NCBI GenBank assembly: GCA_963769935.1
Contig: CAVYNY010000020.1
Location: 64,001-128,000 of the forward strand
Source: an uncultured delta proteobacterium
GTDB lineage: Bacteria > Desulfobacterota > Desulfobacteria > Desulfobacterales > JAFDCJ01
DNA length: 64,000 nt
Reading direction: 5' to 3'
Below the pieces are notes generated by a model. The model searched no databases and had not been told where the DNA came from. It worked only from the letters and a program-made list of their open reading frames with translations. The translations under genes were made by a program, and so were the position numbers. Positions 20,097 through 29,671 of this stretch are shown here, in pieces. The number at the start of each line of letters is the position of its first letter. Position 1 is the stretch's first letter.

Positions 20097-20447
20097 GTGT
20101 TGCGGGCGGCAGCCAAACGAAGTTTGCACTGGGCTTGGGTAATTCCGGCAATCTGCTTTGTCGATCTTTTTATCAATTATTCGGTTCGTCTGGGTTACGG
20201 CGTGGTTTTGCCGGAAATGATTCGCAACCTCGGGTTCGGCCGGGCCGCCGGCGATTACTTCCCCCGGGCAGTCATGGGAACCGTCATCGGCGCCTGGACG
20301 CCTTTTTACGGGCTCGGCGCTATTTTAACTCATTGGGTAACGGGTATCCTGCGGGATGCCACCGGGGTTTATGATCATGCTTTTGTGCTTAATATTCTGA
20401 TGGGCGCAGTGGCCGTCGTGTTGATGGCCCTGGTGCGTAAAAGATAG
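20097..20447 (+). pseudogene. Internally deleted MFS transporter remnant
   Basis: MFS TM1-like HWAWVI...INYSVRLGYGVVLPEMIRNLGFGR is joined directly to a C-terminal-like AGDYFPRAVMGTVIG...GILRDATGVYDHAF; only ~116 aa. Confidence 0.7.
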
Positions 20448-20452
20448 TGAAT

Positions 20453-20480
20453 AGTGAAGATTGAAAATTGAACATTTGAG
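20453..20480. repeat. ATTGAA(N) heptamer element, copy 4 (partial)
   Basis: agtgaag-attgaaa-attgaac-atttgag. Confidence 0.55.
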
Positions 20481-20550
20481 GTATACTGTCAATATTATAT
20501 AAATCGAAATGCATTGATTTTAGGCATTTCCATCATCGGGACATCGATAA

Positions 20551-21628
20551 ATGGGCAGATTCTTAATGGTAGACATCGGCGCGGGTACCATGGATGTTTT
20601 GTGGTATGACTCGGAGACGAAACTGCATTACAAAGCGGCGGTTAAATCACCGGTGAGATATATCGCTGAGCAGGCAGCCGAATTGACCGGAAGGCTGCTG
20701 GTTACCGGCACTGAAATGGGCGGCGGGCCTGTGACCGGCATACTGCAGCGAGCGGGCCCGGCAGGCAGGGGTTGTGATGTCGGCCTCGGCTGCCGCTACG
20801 CTGCACCACAATCCGGAAAGGGTACGGTCCTGGGGTATCGATATCGTTGATGATGCAAGCGCCGAGGATTTGCAGCAGGATCCAAATTATTCGCACCTGG
20901 TACTTGGTGATATTGACGCCGGGCGACTGCGCAATATCGTGGAAGGTTTTGGGGTGCCGTTTGCATTTGATGCCGTCGTCATCTGCGCCCAGGACCATGG
21001 CGTGCCGCCCGCGGGGGTTTCGCATCTGGATTATCGCCACAACATGTTCCTGGAACGGCTGGAAAAAACCCCCTTTCCTCACGTGATGCTCTATCAATGG
21101 AACGAAGTTCCGGTCGAGATGAATCGTCTGTCTTCCATCGCCCGGACCGCCCGCAGCATTCCTGCTGAAGAAATCTATGTCATGGACAGCGGCATGGCCG
21201 CCATTCTCGGCGGATCAATGGATATTCTTGCGCGCGGAATGGAGCGCATCGTCATTCTGGATGTGGCCACTTCCCATACCGTCGGTGCTGCCATGCTGGG
21301 TGAGGAAATCGCCGGTTTTTTCGAATATCATACCGCCGACATCACCCTTGAACGCCTTGAGGAATTGCTGGTTGAATTGGGCAATGGCAAAATAGAGCAC
21401 CGCCGTATCCTGGCCGAAGGCGGTCACGGGGCCTATTTGCGCAAAACCATTGGATTTGAGGACATTGACATTATCATTGCAACCGGGCCCAAGCGAAGCC
21501 TGCTGGCCCAATCGAAATTTCAGATCGCCTTCGGGGCGCCCCTGGGAGACAATATGATGACGGGAACCGTGGGACTGCTGGAAGCCTTACGCCGGCGCAA
21601 AGGGTTGGCGCCGATCAGTTACCTATGA
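20551..21628 (+). CDS. DUF1786-family protein (ASKHA-like), split by an apparent +1 insertion near 20749
   Basis: VDIGAGTMD...GTEMGGG in one frame; SAAATLH, AQDHG, VMDSG, EYHT and EGGHGA in the next. Removing one C restores ILQERARQAGVVMSASAA. Confidence 0.8.
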
Positions 21629-21785
21629 CCTAAGCTAATGGTTCCATCTTAATCCAACGGGCGCTTGGTATTATTAAATTGATACTGCTATTTTTTAGAA
21701 CGGCCTAATTAGAATCAAAGACCAATAATGATCCACGAAACTCAGCGCAAGACGAGGATTCGGGTCAGGGAAAGGAGGATGAACC

Positions 21786-21980
21786 ATGATTAAAGTTAAA
21801 ACCTTTGCCAGTCCGTTAAAAATCTTTCAGGCCAGAAAAGAACTCGAGGAACTTGATGCTATGGTCAACAAGTTCATCGAAGAAAATAAAGTTCAAAAGG
21901 TCATTTCAGTCAGCGATGCCTGTACAACCGATGATACCGGCGCTACCATCGGCATGATCCGGGTGATCGCGTATGAGTAG
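21786..21980 (+). CDS. Small hypothetical protein (64 aa)
   Basis: Strong AAGGAGG RBS; globular alpha/beta-like sequence MIKVKTF...LDAMVNKFI...VISVSD. Confidence 0.8.
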   Translation: MIKVKTFASPLKIFQARKELEELDAMVNKFIEENKVQKVISVSDACTTDDTGATIGMIRVIAYE

Positions 21981-21985
21981 GAACC

Positions 21986-22042
21986 AGGTGTCAGCGCCGC
22001 CGCCGGCCAAAACAACGGCCGGTCTGATCATAAAAGAAACTT
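21986..22042. repeat. CAGGTGTCAG-type intergenic element with a GC hairpin
   Basis: caggtgtcagcgccgcc-gccggcc...ggccggt; related start ggtttcaggtgtcgggtttcagttccgccg at ~62218-62248. Confidence 0.5.
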
Positions 22043-22089
22043 TTGGAAATCGGACACAGTTGGATTTAATATCACGCCCACTTCGTTAG

Positions 22090-22178
22090 AGCTCACAGAG
22101 ACCGCAGAGAACATTTTTCTTTCGCCGCAGGCGCCTGTAAACCCAGACCTCTGTGATCTCCGAGCGCTCTGTGTGAGA
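22090..22178. repeat. CACAGAG/CTCTGTG-type inverted-repeat element
   Basis: ctcacagagaccgcagag...ctctgtgatctccgagcgctctgtgtgag; related element at ~63592-63691. Confidence 0.6.
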
Positions 22179-22280
22179 TGAAGTTTCATATGAGCGCCGC
22201 CTCCGGCCGCAAGCCTGAATAGCGGATAGTTCGATCAAGGATGAAGCTTTTTTGGTACGTGGACGAATTTTAAAGATGTT

Positions 22281-22304
22281 GTGGGAGCGGTTTCCATCCG
22301 CGAT
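22281..22304 (+). repeat. REP-like sequence
   Basis: GTGG-GAGCGG-tttccat-CCGC-GAT: GTRG tetranucleotide plus a short hairpin, the architecture of RAYT-associated REPs. Confidence 0.5.
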
Positions 22305-22506
22305 TAATTTGGTCGGGCCAACACGTGTAATCGTGGTTAAAACCCACTCCCACCAGGAATTAACTTCAACCCTCAAAATAGCCATAGATTGCGTCGAATT
22401 TCATACGCCCACCGCTTCTGGCTGGCAGCGTTCCGTCTGATCTTAGATAAAACTTAATATAGCCTCACACGAGGTGTCAGAGCCACTATTGGACGCTAAA
22501 GTGTCC

Positions 22507-22580
22507 ATCCCACCAGCCGCCGGCATCCAGAATCCAGCACCCAGTATCCAATATCAAGTATCCAGTATCCAGCGACCGGA
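22507..22580. repeat. CCAG(Y)AT heptamer tandem repeat
   Basis: atccagaatccagcacccagtatccaatatcaagtatccagtatccagcgaccgg; shorter copy at 16208-16231. Confidence 0.75.
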
Positions 22581-22583
22581 AAC

Positions 22584-23165
22584 CTATTGAACTCCCAGCT
22601 GTTTTTGAAAATCTTTGCGCAAATTTTCACGCCAGAGCTTATATTCGGACTGGATGGCTTCATGGAACGGGCCCGAATCGGTGTCTGTGGCTTCTCCGGC
22701 CACCATAACGGTAAAGCCGGCGTGCAGATTCCTGGCATGAATGTTTTTAAGCGGCCTTAAATCGATCTGCATACCGTCTTTGAGCCGGTAATTTTTCCTT
22801 TGAAAGTATTCGTCTGCACCGATTGCATGCGGGTCCATCAAGAAGATGTCCCGGCTGCTCCAGCATATGTAGCCGGTTTTGTATACCCCCAGGACATATT
22901 TTTTATCCGGATATTCGGGGATTTGAAAAAAGCCCTTATCATCGGATAACTCCTGGACGGCATCCAGGGTTTCCGGCCCGGCAGACAGCGGCGCGGAATT
23001 TTCGGTATACCACCTGATAGCCACAGCGGCGCCATTTATGGGCTGCCGGGTTTCAGCATCCACAACACGGCCTCTGACCACACACTTTGGACTGCAGGAA
23101 ATGAGAAAAATGAATACAACCAGACAGGTGAGGATGAACACACCTTTGGCAGGATAGTTCCTCAT
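22584..23165 (-). CDS. Putative lipoprotein with a carboxypeptidase-regulatory-like domain
   Basis: Signal peptide ending LISC; VRGRVVDAETRQPINGAAV...SDDKGFF motif. Confidence 0.7.
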   Translation of the reverse strand: MRNYPAKGVFILTCLVVFIFLISCSPKCVVRGRVVDAETRQPINGAAVAIRWYTENSAPLSAGPETLDAVQELSDDKGFFQIPEYPDKKYVLGVYKTGYICWSSRDIFLMDPHAIGADEYFQRKNYRLKDGMQIDLRPLKNIHARNLHAGFTVMVAGEATDTDSGPFHEAIQSEYKLWRENLRKDFQKQLGVQ

Positions 23166-23178
23166 TTGCACCCCCTTA

Positions 23179-23334
23179 GGGTTCACGAAAAAATTAGTTC
23201 ACAGTTTTAGGCGTTGCGGCGCCCGTCCGGCAAGGCGCGAAAACGCAGGAATATCTGGATATTCCGAGCTTTCGCAACGCAGTCGGGCGGGATGCATCGG
23301 CGTATAAAATGTGAAGCTATTTTTGAGTGAGCCC
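23179..23334. mobile_element. 156 bp palindromic MITE-like element with a TTA target-site duplication
   Basis: TTA|GGGTTCACGAAAAAATTAGTTCACA...TGTGAAGCTATTTTTGAGTGAGCCC|TTA; the whole element is an imperfect inverted repeat centred on ggaatatc-tg-gatattcc. Confidence 0.75.
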
Positions 23335-23804
23335 TTAGCTTACCCGTTACATTTTAGATGGATCCGGCTGAACTTGTGCCCCAATTCAGCCGCCGTAGCT
23401 CTCAGATTTCATGACCGAGCCCGGCGTTCTAATTGCAACGAATTCCATAAGCGAAAAATGCCCCAAAGCAGCACCGACTTCAGTGCTGCCCATCGCCGGA
23501 AATTTCCTCCAAACCTCCGGGCGAATGCGGGACGGTATCACCGTGCGTATTTATCGAACAGTGATTTCCTCCGAAATCAAGAACTTCTCCCGAAAAAATT
23601 GGCAACTTGATGACATCAATTGTGGACGCGGCAAAAAATTCACGCCAAAAACGGATGCCTGTTCGGGAAAGTTCCTGATAGCTATTATCGGGATCTTTAA
23701 AATAAAGTTTAGCATTAATTTTTTGCTTGACAGCTCCGGTTTCATATTATATCGGACCAATATCATCTTATTTATCTTATTTTTTAAATTAACCAGGAGG
23801 GCTC

Positions 23805-24260
23805 ATGCGACTCATCCGGGCGGGAGAATACGCGGTTCGTTGTATGCTGTATCTTGCATCGCAGGGTGTGGGGGTTGTGTGCAGCCGTAAACAAATTGCG
23901 GCCGAAATGGACATCCCCGATCAGTTTCTGAGCAAAATTGCCCAGCAGCTGGCACGCTCCGGTTTTCTCGAAATTATTCAAGGTGCCAAAGGGGGGTTGA
24001 AGCTGGTGGTTCCCCCCGAGTTTTTATCGCTGTTGGATGTGGTTGAGGCCGTAATCGGTGAAATTTTTTTAAACGACTGCGTGATGCGGCCCGAATCCTG
24101 CCGGCGCAGCCGGGCCTGTTCAGTGCATCAAATTTGGGAAAAAGCCCGCAATCAACTGAGGGATACCTTGCGTCAGGCCACCTTCGCCAGTCTGCTGGAA
24201 AATGACAGTTGTCTTATTCCTTTTGACCAGGCGGGTGAAAAAAGCGAACAGGCGTGTTAA
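23805..24260 (+). CDS. Rrf2-family transcriptional regulator (Fe-S type)
   Basis: EYAVR...L.KI.Q.L...G.KGG wHTH; C-x6-C-x5-C-x2-H; AGGAGG RBS. Confidence 0.93.
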   Translation: MRLIRAGEYAVRCMLYLASQGVGVVCSRKQIAAEMDIPDQFLSKIAQQLARSGFLEIIQGAKGGLKLVVPPEFLSLLDVVEAVIGEIFLNDCVMRPESCRRSRACSVHQIWEKARNQLRDTLRQATFASLLENDSCLIPFDQAGEKSEQAC

Positions 24261-24372
24261 AGGTTAAAGGGGTTCAAAGCTCTTCTTTCAATGTCGAAGA
24301 AAATATGCGAGAACCGATTCAATCAACCTGTCAATTATTCACCGCTTATCCATACAGCAAGGAGGGTAATTA

Positions 24373-25680
24373 ATGGATGTTTTATTGCTTTCAAGGCTGC
24401 AGTTTACCGCCACCACGCTTTTCCACTTTTTGTTTGTCCCCTTAACTTTGGGGCTTTCCATCCTGGTGGCCATCATGGAAACCCAGTATGTCAGAACCGG
24501 GGATGAAACCTATCTGAAAATGACTAAATTCTGGGGCAAACTGTTTTTAATTAATTTTGCCGTCGGCGTTGTTACCGGCATCACGCTCGAATTTCAGTTT
24601 GGCACCAACTGGTCCCGCTATTCGGCCTACGTGGGTGATGTCTTCGGTTCGCTGCTGGCCATTGAAGCCACGGCCGCATTCTTTCTGGAATCGACCCTGA
24701 TCGGTGTCTGGGTGTTCGGATGGAATAAACTCTCTGCCAAAGCGCATGCTGCCGTAATGTGGTTTGTTGCCGGCGCCAGTAACTTATCAGCCCTTTGGAT
24801 TTTGACTGCCAACGGTTGGATGCAGCAACCGGTCGGCTACGCTTTCAAAAATGGGCGGGCCGAATTGCAGGATTTTGCCGCGGTGATCTTCAACACATTC
24901 AGCATCCTGCAGATTCTGCATGTAATTCCAGCCGCCCTGCTGGCAAGCGCCTTTTTTGTCATGGGAATCAGCGCCTATCATCTTCTCAAAAAACGGAATG
25001 TCGAGTTTTTCACCAAATCGTTTCGTCTCGCTCTGGTGTTCGGATTCATTTTTTCTTTCGTTGTGGTCCTCGAGGGTGATTTTCACGCCCGCCATGTCGC
25101 CGAATCGCAGCCCGCCAAACTGGCGGCCATGGAATCCCTGTGGGAAACAACCGAAAGTGCTCCCATTTACCTGCTCGCCCTGCCCGACGAGAAAAATGAA
25201 AAAAATGACATTCAGCTGGGTGCCATACCCGGACTTCTCAGTTTTCTGGGGTACCATGATTTTAATGCCGAAGTCAAAGGCTTAAAGGATTTCCCCAAAG
25301 ATGAAAGACCGCCCGTGCTGCCCACATTTGTCTCCTTCAGGATCATGATAGCTCTGGGAATGTATTTTCCGGTGGTGGCTTTAATCGGCGTTTATTTCCG
25401 CAATCGTCTCATGGAAAATTCCTGGTTCCTGAAACTGATGCTGTTTTCGATTCCGCTGCCTTTTATTGCCATCGAGATGGGTTGGCTGGTGGCCGAATTG
25501 GGAAGGCAGCCGTGGATTGTTTACGGGTTGATGAAAACTGCGGCCGGGGTCTCGTCAATAGCTGTATCCCAGGTAGCCGTTTCACTGGCAGCATTCATCG
25601 GGGTATATGGACTGCTCGGTGCTCTCGGGTATTTCCTGATATTCAAATATGCGATGAAAGGACCCGAAGCGGTTGCCTAG
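24373..25680 (+). CDS. cydA: Cytochrome bd ubiquinol oxidase subunit I
   Basis: SRLQF...HFLFVPLTLG, EFQFGTNW, FFLES, QPAKLAAME and ELGRQPW motifs. Confidence 0.97.
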   Translation: MDVLLLSRLQFTATTLFHFLFVPLTLGLSILVAIMETQYVRTGDETYLKMTKFWGKLFLINFAVGVVTGITLEFQFGTNWSRYSAYVGDVFGSLLAIEATAAFFLESTLIGVWVFGWNKLSAKAHAAVMWFVAGASNLSALWILTANGWMQQPVGYAFKNGRAELQDFAAVIFNTFSILQILHVIPAALLASAFFVMGISAYHLLKKRNVEFFTKSFRLALVFGFIFSFVVVLEGDFHARHVAESQPAKLAAMESLWETTESAPIYLLALPDEKNEKNDIQLGAIPGLLSFLGYHDFNAEVKGLKDFPKDERPPVLPTFVSFRIMIALGMYFPVVALIGVYFRNRLMENSWFLKLMLFSIPLPFIAIEMGWLVAELGRQPWIVYGLMKTAAGVSSIAVSQVAVSLAAFIGVYGLLGALGYFLIFKYAMKGPEAVA

Positions 25681-25742
25681 ACGATTACCCAGGGTAGCCC
25701 ATGGGGCAAAGAAGGCCAAATTGCAAATAAAGGGAGGTAAAA

Positions 25743-26759
25743 ATGGTTTTAGAAACTATATGGTTTTTTCTCTGGGGACTTTTATGGGCCGTTTATTTTA
25801 TGACCGACGGATTTGATCTGGGCATCGGCAGCCTGCTGCCGATTCTTGGGAAAAGTGAAGCAGATAAAAGAGTCCTGGTTAATTCCACGGGACCGCTGTG
25901 GGACGGCAACGAGGTCTGGCTGCTGACCGCCGGCGGGGTAACCTTTGCCGCCTTTCCCAAAGTGTATGCCGTGATGTTTTCATCCCTGTATTCCGCCCTG
26001 ATGCTGATCCTTTTTGCGTTGATTGTGCGTGGGGTGGCGTTTGAATTTCGCAGCAAAGTCGACAGTCCGCAGTGGCGCAAAATCTGGGATGCGTGCATTT
26101 TCGTCGGCAGCATTGCACCCGCCATTTTGTTCGGGGTAGCGTTTGCCAACATTTTCCGGGGAATTCCCATTGATGCCGACGGTGTATACCAGGGCAGCCT
26201 GTTCACACTGCTAAATCCATATGGACTGCTGGGCGGCATTCTGTTTTTGCTCTTGTTCCTGGTGCACGGCGGCCTGTGGCTGTCGATCAAATCAGAAGGC
26301 GACCTTCAGCAGCGGGCGATGGCAACTGTCCATAAACTATGGCCGGTGGAGCTTGGTTTTGCCGTCATTTTTCTGATTGCGAGCCTGTTTGCCACCCGGC
26401 TGTATGACAACTATCTGGCCTATCCGGTATTATTTATTATCATTTTGCTGGCCGTAGCGGGTTTGCTGGGGATTAAGTTTTTCCTGGTAAAGCAAGCATT
26501 GTTTAAAGCCTGGTTTTCATCGGCGCTGACAATCGTTGCCGCAACCTTTTATGGGGTCATCGGATTATATCCCAATATGTTTCCTTCCAATATTGATGCC
26601 GCGTACAGCCTGACGGCCCACAACTCCGCCTCCAGCGGTCTGACGCTGAAGATTATGCTGGTCGTGGTGATCCTGTTTCTCCCGGTCGTGCTGCTGTATC
26701 AGGCCTGGACTTACCATCTCTTCAAAGACAAGGTCAAGCAGGACGACATGGCTTATTGA
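25743..26759 (+). CDS. cydB: Cytochrome bd ubiquinol oxidase subunit II
   Basis: DGFDLG, GPLWDGNEVWL, FAAFP and RGVAFEFRSK motifs. Confidence 0.97.
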   Translation: MVLETIWFFLWGLLWAVYFMTDGFDLGIGSLLPILGKSEADKRVLVNSTGPLWDGNEVWLLTAGGVTFAAFPKVYAVMFSSLYSALMLILFALIVRGVAFEFRSKVDSPQWRKIWDACIFVGSIAPAILFGVAFANIFRGIPIDADGVYQGSLFTLLNPYGLLGGILFLLLFLVHGGLWLSIKSEGDLQQRAMATVHKLWPVELGFAVIFLIASLFATRLYDNYLAYPVLFIIILLAVAGLLGIKFFLVKQALFKAWFSSALTIVAATFYGVIGLYPNMFPSNIDAAYSLTAHNSASSGLTLKIMLVVVILFLPVVLLYQAWTYHLFKDKVKQDDMAY

Positions 26760-26766
26760 GACTTGA

Positions 26767-26797
26767 CGGCAGGGCCGGGATTTTTCCGGCCCTGCCG
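26767..26797 (+). terminator. GC-rich stem-loop after cydB
   Basis: cggcagggccgg / ccggccctgccg 12-bp stem. Confidence 0.6.
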
Positions 26798-27043
26798 GGG
26801 CCGCCGATTTATCTCCTATCCGCATTTGACCCCTAAAATTCCATTTTTCTCCCCGATCCGTAGGCTCTCCAAGCCGGAGGCCATCATTCCATTTAAAGCT
26901 CGCTGTAAACTTCCGTCTGACCGCGCCTGATTCCGCCTCCCAATGATCTCTTGACCCTAATTTTAATTTTTCGTTGCTATAAATAGAAAACATGCTACAA
27001 GTATGACCTTACCCAGCGAATCGAAATTAAAGGAGAGACTGCC

Positions 27044-27673
27044 GTGGGAATTTTAGAAGATGCTTACAAGGCTGTCCTGGAGGGCAAAGTGGAGGAGGCT
27101 GCGGCCGCTGTGGAGAAAGGTCTGAGCGCCGGCCTGGATACGGATGAGATTTTGAAAAAGGGCCTTTTGGCTGCCATGGATTTGGTGGGGGAAAGGTTTG
27201 GGGAAGGGGAGATCTTCATTCCCCAGGTGCTGTGGTCGGCCAAGGCCATGCAGGCGGGGGTGGCCCTGCTCAAACCGCATTTCACCGAAGCGCAGCAGGA
27301 AAAAAGTGCGCGCATTGTAATCGGGACGGCGAAGGGTGATATCCATGATATTGGAAAGCAGCTGGTCGCCATGATGCTGGAAGGCGCCGGTTTTGAGGTC
27401 ATTGATTTGGGTGTGGACGTAGCTCCGGCTGCCTTTGTTGAAACCGCGGCTGAAAAGGCAGCCGACATCATCGCCATCTCCGCCCTTCTGACCACCACGA
27501 TGACCGGCATGGCGGAGGTGGTGGCCCTGAAAAATGAAAGGGCTTTGTCATCAAGAATTTTAATCGGCGGCGCCCCCTTATCCCTGGAATACTGCCGCGA
27601 AATCGGTGCCGACGGCTACGGCGTGGATGCCCGCGCAGCCGTTGCCAGGGCCCGGGAACTTATCGGGAGCTGA
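27044..27673 (+). CDS. Corrinoid (B12-binding) protein, MtbC/MetH cap + B12 domain
   Basis: GDIHDIGK (DxHxxG), DLGVDV, SALLTTTM and IGGAP motifs; GTG start with AGGAG RBS. Confidence 0.93.
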   Translation: MGILEDAYKAVLEGKVEEAAAAVEKGLSAGLDTDEILKKGLLAAMDLVGERFGEGEIFIPQVLWSAKAMQAGVALLKPHFTEAQQEKSARIVIGTAKGDIHDIGKQLVAMMLEGAGFEVIDLGVDVAPAAFVETAAEKAADIIAISALLTTTMTGMAEVVALKNERALSSRILIGGAPLSLEYCREIGADGYGVDARAAVARARELIGS

Positions 27674-27679
27674 AACGCA

Positions 27680-28558
27680 TTGCCAAAAGATTTTTTGAAT
27701 AAACTCAAGCAGAAGACCCTCATCCTTGATGGAGCCATGGGAACCATGCTGATGGAAGCCGGTCAGGCTTCCGTCAGGAGTCCGATACTGCTCAATGCCG
27801 AGCAGCCGGATCTGGTAGCCGATATTCACAGGCGCTACTATGCGGCAGGTGCAGATGTTGTCATCGCTAATACTTTCGGCGGCAATCCCTTGAAGCTGGC
27901 CGCCGACGGACTTGAGCAACAAATGGAACTGCTGAACCGGCAGGGCGTTTTACTGGCCTGCCGAGCCCGTCCCGATGGTAAGTTTGTCGCCGGTGATATC
28001 GGGCCGTGCGGGAAAATGCTCACGCCGCTTGGCGATATCTCACCGGAAGCCATGGAAAACAATTTTTTTCTACAGACCAGGGTGCTGATTGACAGCGGGG
28101 TCGATCTGATCACTATCGAAACCATGTATTCGCTTGAAGAGGCGCTGCTGGCGGTTAATGGCGTAAGACGGGCCGGCGATATTCCGCTGCTGGCTTCCAT
28201 GACGTTTACGCAAACCAAAAATGGTTTTTTTACCATGATGGGAGAAAGTGTAAACCAGTGCACCGCCTCCCTGGAAAAAGCCGGCGCGGATATGATCGGA
28301 GCAAACTGTACGCTTAACAGCAGGGACATGGTCGGCTTGACCGAAGAACTCCGCGCGGCTACCCGCAAGCCGATATTAATCCAGCCCAATGCCGGCAAAC
28401 CGGTTACGCGCAAGGGAGTCACTTACTATGAGCAGTCACCGTCCGATTTTGCGGCGGATGCTGTGAAGATCAAAGCGGCCGGGGCGGATATGATCGGCGG
28501 ATGCTGCGGCACGACGCCTGGGTTCATTCAGGCTTTAATAGGGAAGTTAGCTGATTAA
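27680..28558 (+). CDS. Homocysteine S-methyltransferase domain protein (split MetH Hcy-binding module)
   Basis: LDGAMGT, NTFG, IETM, GANC, PNAG.P and GGCCGTTP motifs. Confidence 0.92.
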   Translation: MPKDFLNKLKQKTLILDGAMGTMLMEAGQASVRSPILLNAEQPDLVADIHRRYYAAGADVVIANTFGGNPLKLAADGLEQQMELLNRQGVLLACRARPDGKFVAGDIGPCGKMLTPLGDISPEAMENNFFLQTRVLIDSGVDLITIETMYSLEEALLAVNGVRRAGDIPLLASMTFTQTKNGFFTMMGESVNQCTASLEKAGADMIGANCTLNSRDMVGLTEELRAATRKPILIQPNAGKPVTRKGVTYYEQSPSDFAADAVKIKAAGADMIGGCCGTTPGFIQALIGKLAD

Positions 28559-28605
28559 CCTCCTAATCCATCAACCATTCAACGAAACCGAAAGGAGATT
28601 TGGCT

Positions 28606-29601
28606 ATGAAAAGAGTGATGATGGTTTTAGCTTTACTTTTGTCGTTCGGGCTTGTCTTTGGCAGCGGGCTCTCAGCCAAAATGATTCGCATCGGCGAACA
28701 CCAGATCGTCTCCCATCCGGCCCTGGACAACGATTCCAAGGGCTTTAAGGTGGCCCTGGAAGAAGAAGGATTCATTGAAGGCAAAAATATCGAAATTGAG
28801 CGCCTGAATGCCCAGGGCGATCAGGCCAACTGCGCGATTATCGCCCGCAAATTCGTAGATGATCAGGTGGACCTGATCCACGCGATCAGCACACCCAACG
28901 CTCAGGCGACGGTCAAACTCACCAAGACAATACCGATCGTCTTTTCATCGGTGACGGACCCGGTCGCAACCGGGATCATACCCAAAATGGGAGAAACCGG
29001 GACCAATGTCACCGGTGTGAGCGACCGCTGGCCGATTGCGCTGCAATGCAAGATGTACCAGGACCTGGTGCCCACCGCCAAAAGATGGGGTACCATCTAC
29101 AACCCCGGTGACGTCAATGTCACCTTTCACATCAAGCTGATGAAAGAGGCTGTTGAAGCTCTGGGCGGACAGCTCATCGAAGCCCATATCTCAAACAGCT
29201 CCGAAGTAATGCAGGCCGCTCAGAGCCTGGTCGGCCGGGTGGATGCCATTCATATTACTTCCGACAACAACGTGGTTTCGGCCTTCGAAGCCCTCGTCAA
29301 AGTCTGCGATGAAAACAAGATCCCCCTGTTTGCGGGCGACCGCGACAGTGTGCCGCGCGGGGCCATAGCCGCCTATGGCCTGGACTATTTCATGGTCGGT
29401 TACACCGCCGGCAAAAAAGCAGCTCTGATTTTAAAAGGTGCCGATCCCGGTAAAGTCCCCGCGGGCCTGGCATCCGGCTACAGTCTGTGGGTCAATTTGA
29501 AAGCCGCCGATGCACAGGGCGTCCACCTGCCCTTAACGTTGGTGGAAAAAGCGGCCGACAAACTCTGGGATCAGGACGGCAATGTAGTCAAGGGCAGATA
29601 A
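28606..29601 (+). CDS. ABC transporter substrate-binding protein (ABC_sub_bind family, aromatic amino-acid type)
   Basis: QIVSHPALD, NAQGD, PIVFSSVTDP and TNVTGVSD motifs; signal peptide. Confidence 0.88.
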   Translation: MKRVMMVLALLLSFGLVFGSGLSAKMIRIGEHQIVSHPALDNDSKGFKVALEEEGFIEGKNIEIERLNAQGDQANCAIIARKFVDDQVDLIHAISTPNAQATVKLTKTIPIVFSSVTDPVATGIIPKMGETGTNVTGVSDRWPIALQCKMYQDLVPTAKRWGTIYNPGDVNVTFHIKLMKEAVEALGGQLIEAHISNSSEVMQAAQSLVGRVDAIHITSDNNVVSAFEALVKVCDENKIPLFAGDRDSVPRGAIAAYGLDYFMVGYTAGKKAALILKGADPGKVPAGLASGYSLWVNLKAADAQGVHLPLTLVEKAADKLWDQDGNVVKGR

Positions 29602-29671
29602 GCCTGATGTCGAAAAGATCGGGGCAGGGGGCGGATAAATTCCCCTTCCCCGACCAATTTAGGTGATTCTA

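Noticed and set aside
23311..23800. ORFs 23311-23610 and 23411-23890 upstream of Rrf2
   Set aside because: No recognisable motifs or RBS; they overlap the MITE end and the AT-rich promoter region.
26800..27043. Cobalamin or SAM riboswitch upstream of the corrinoid operon
   Set aside because: No B12-box or S-box core recognisable by eye.
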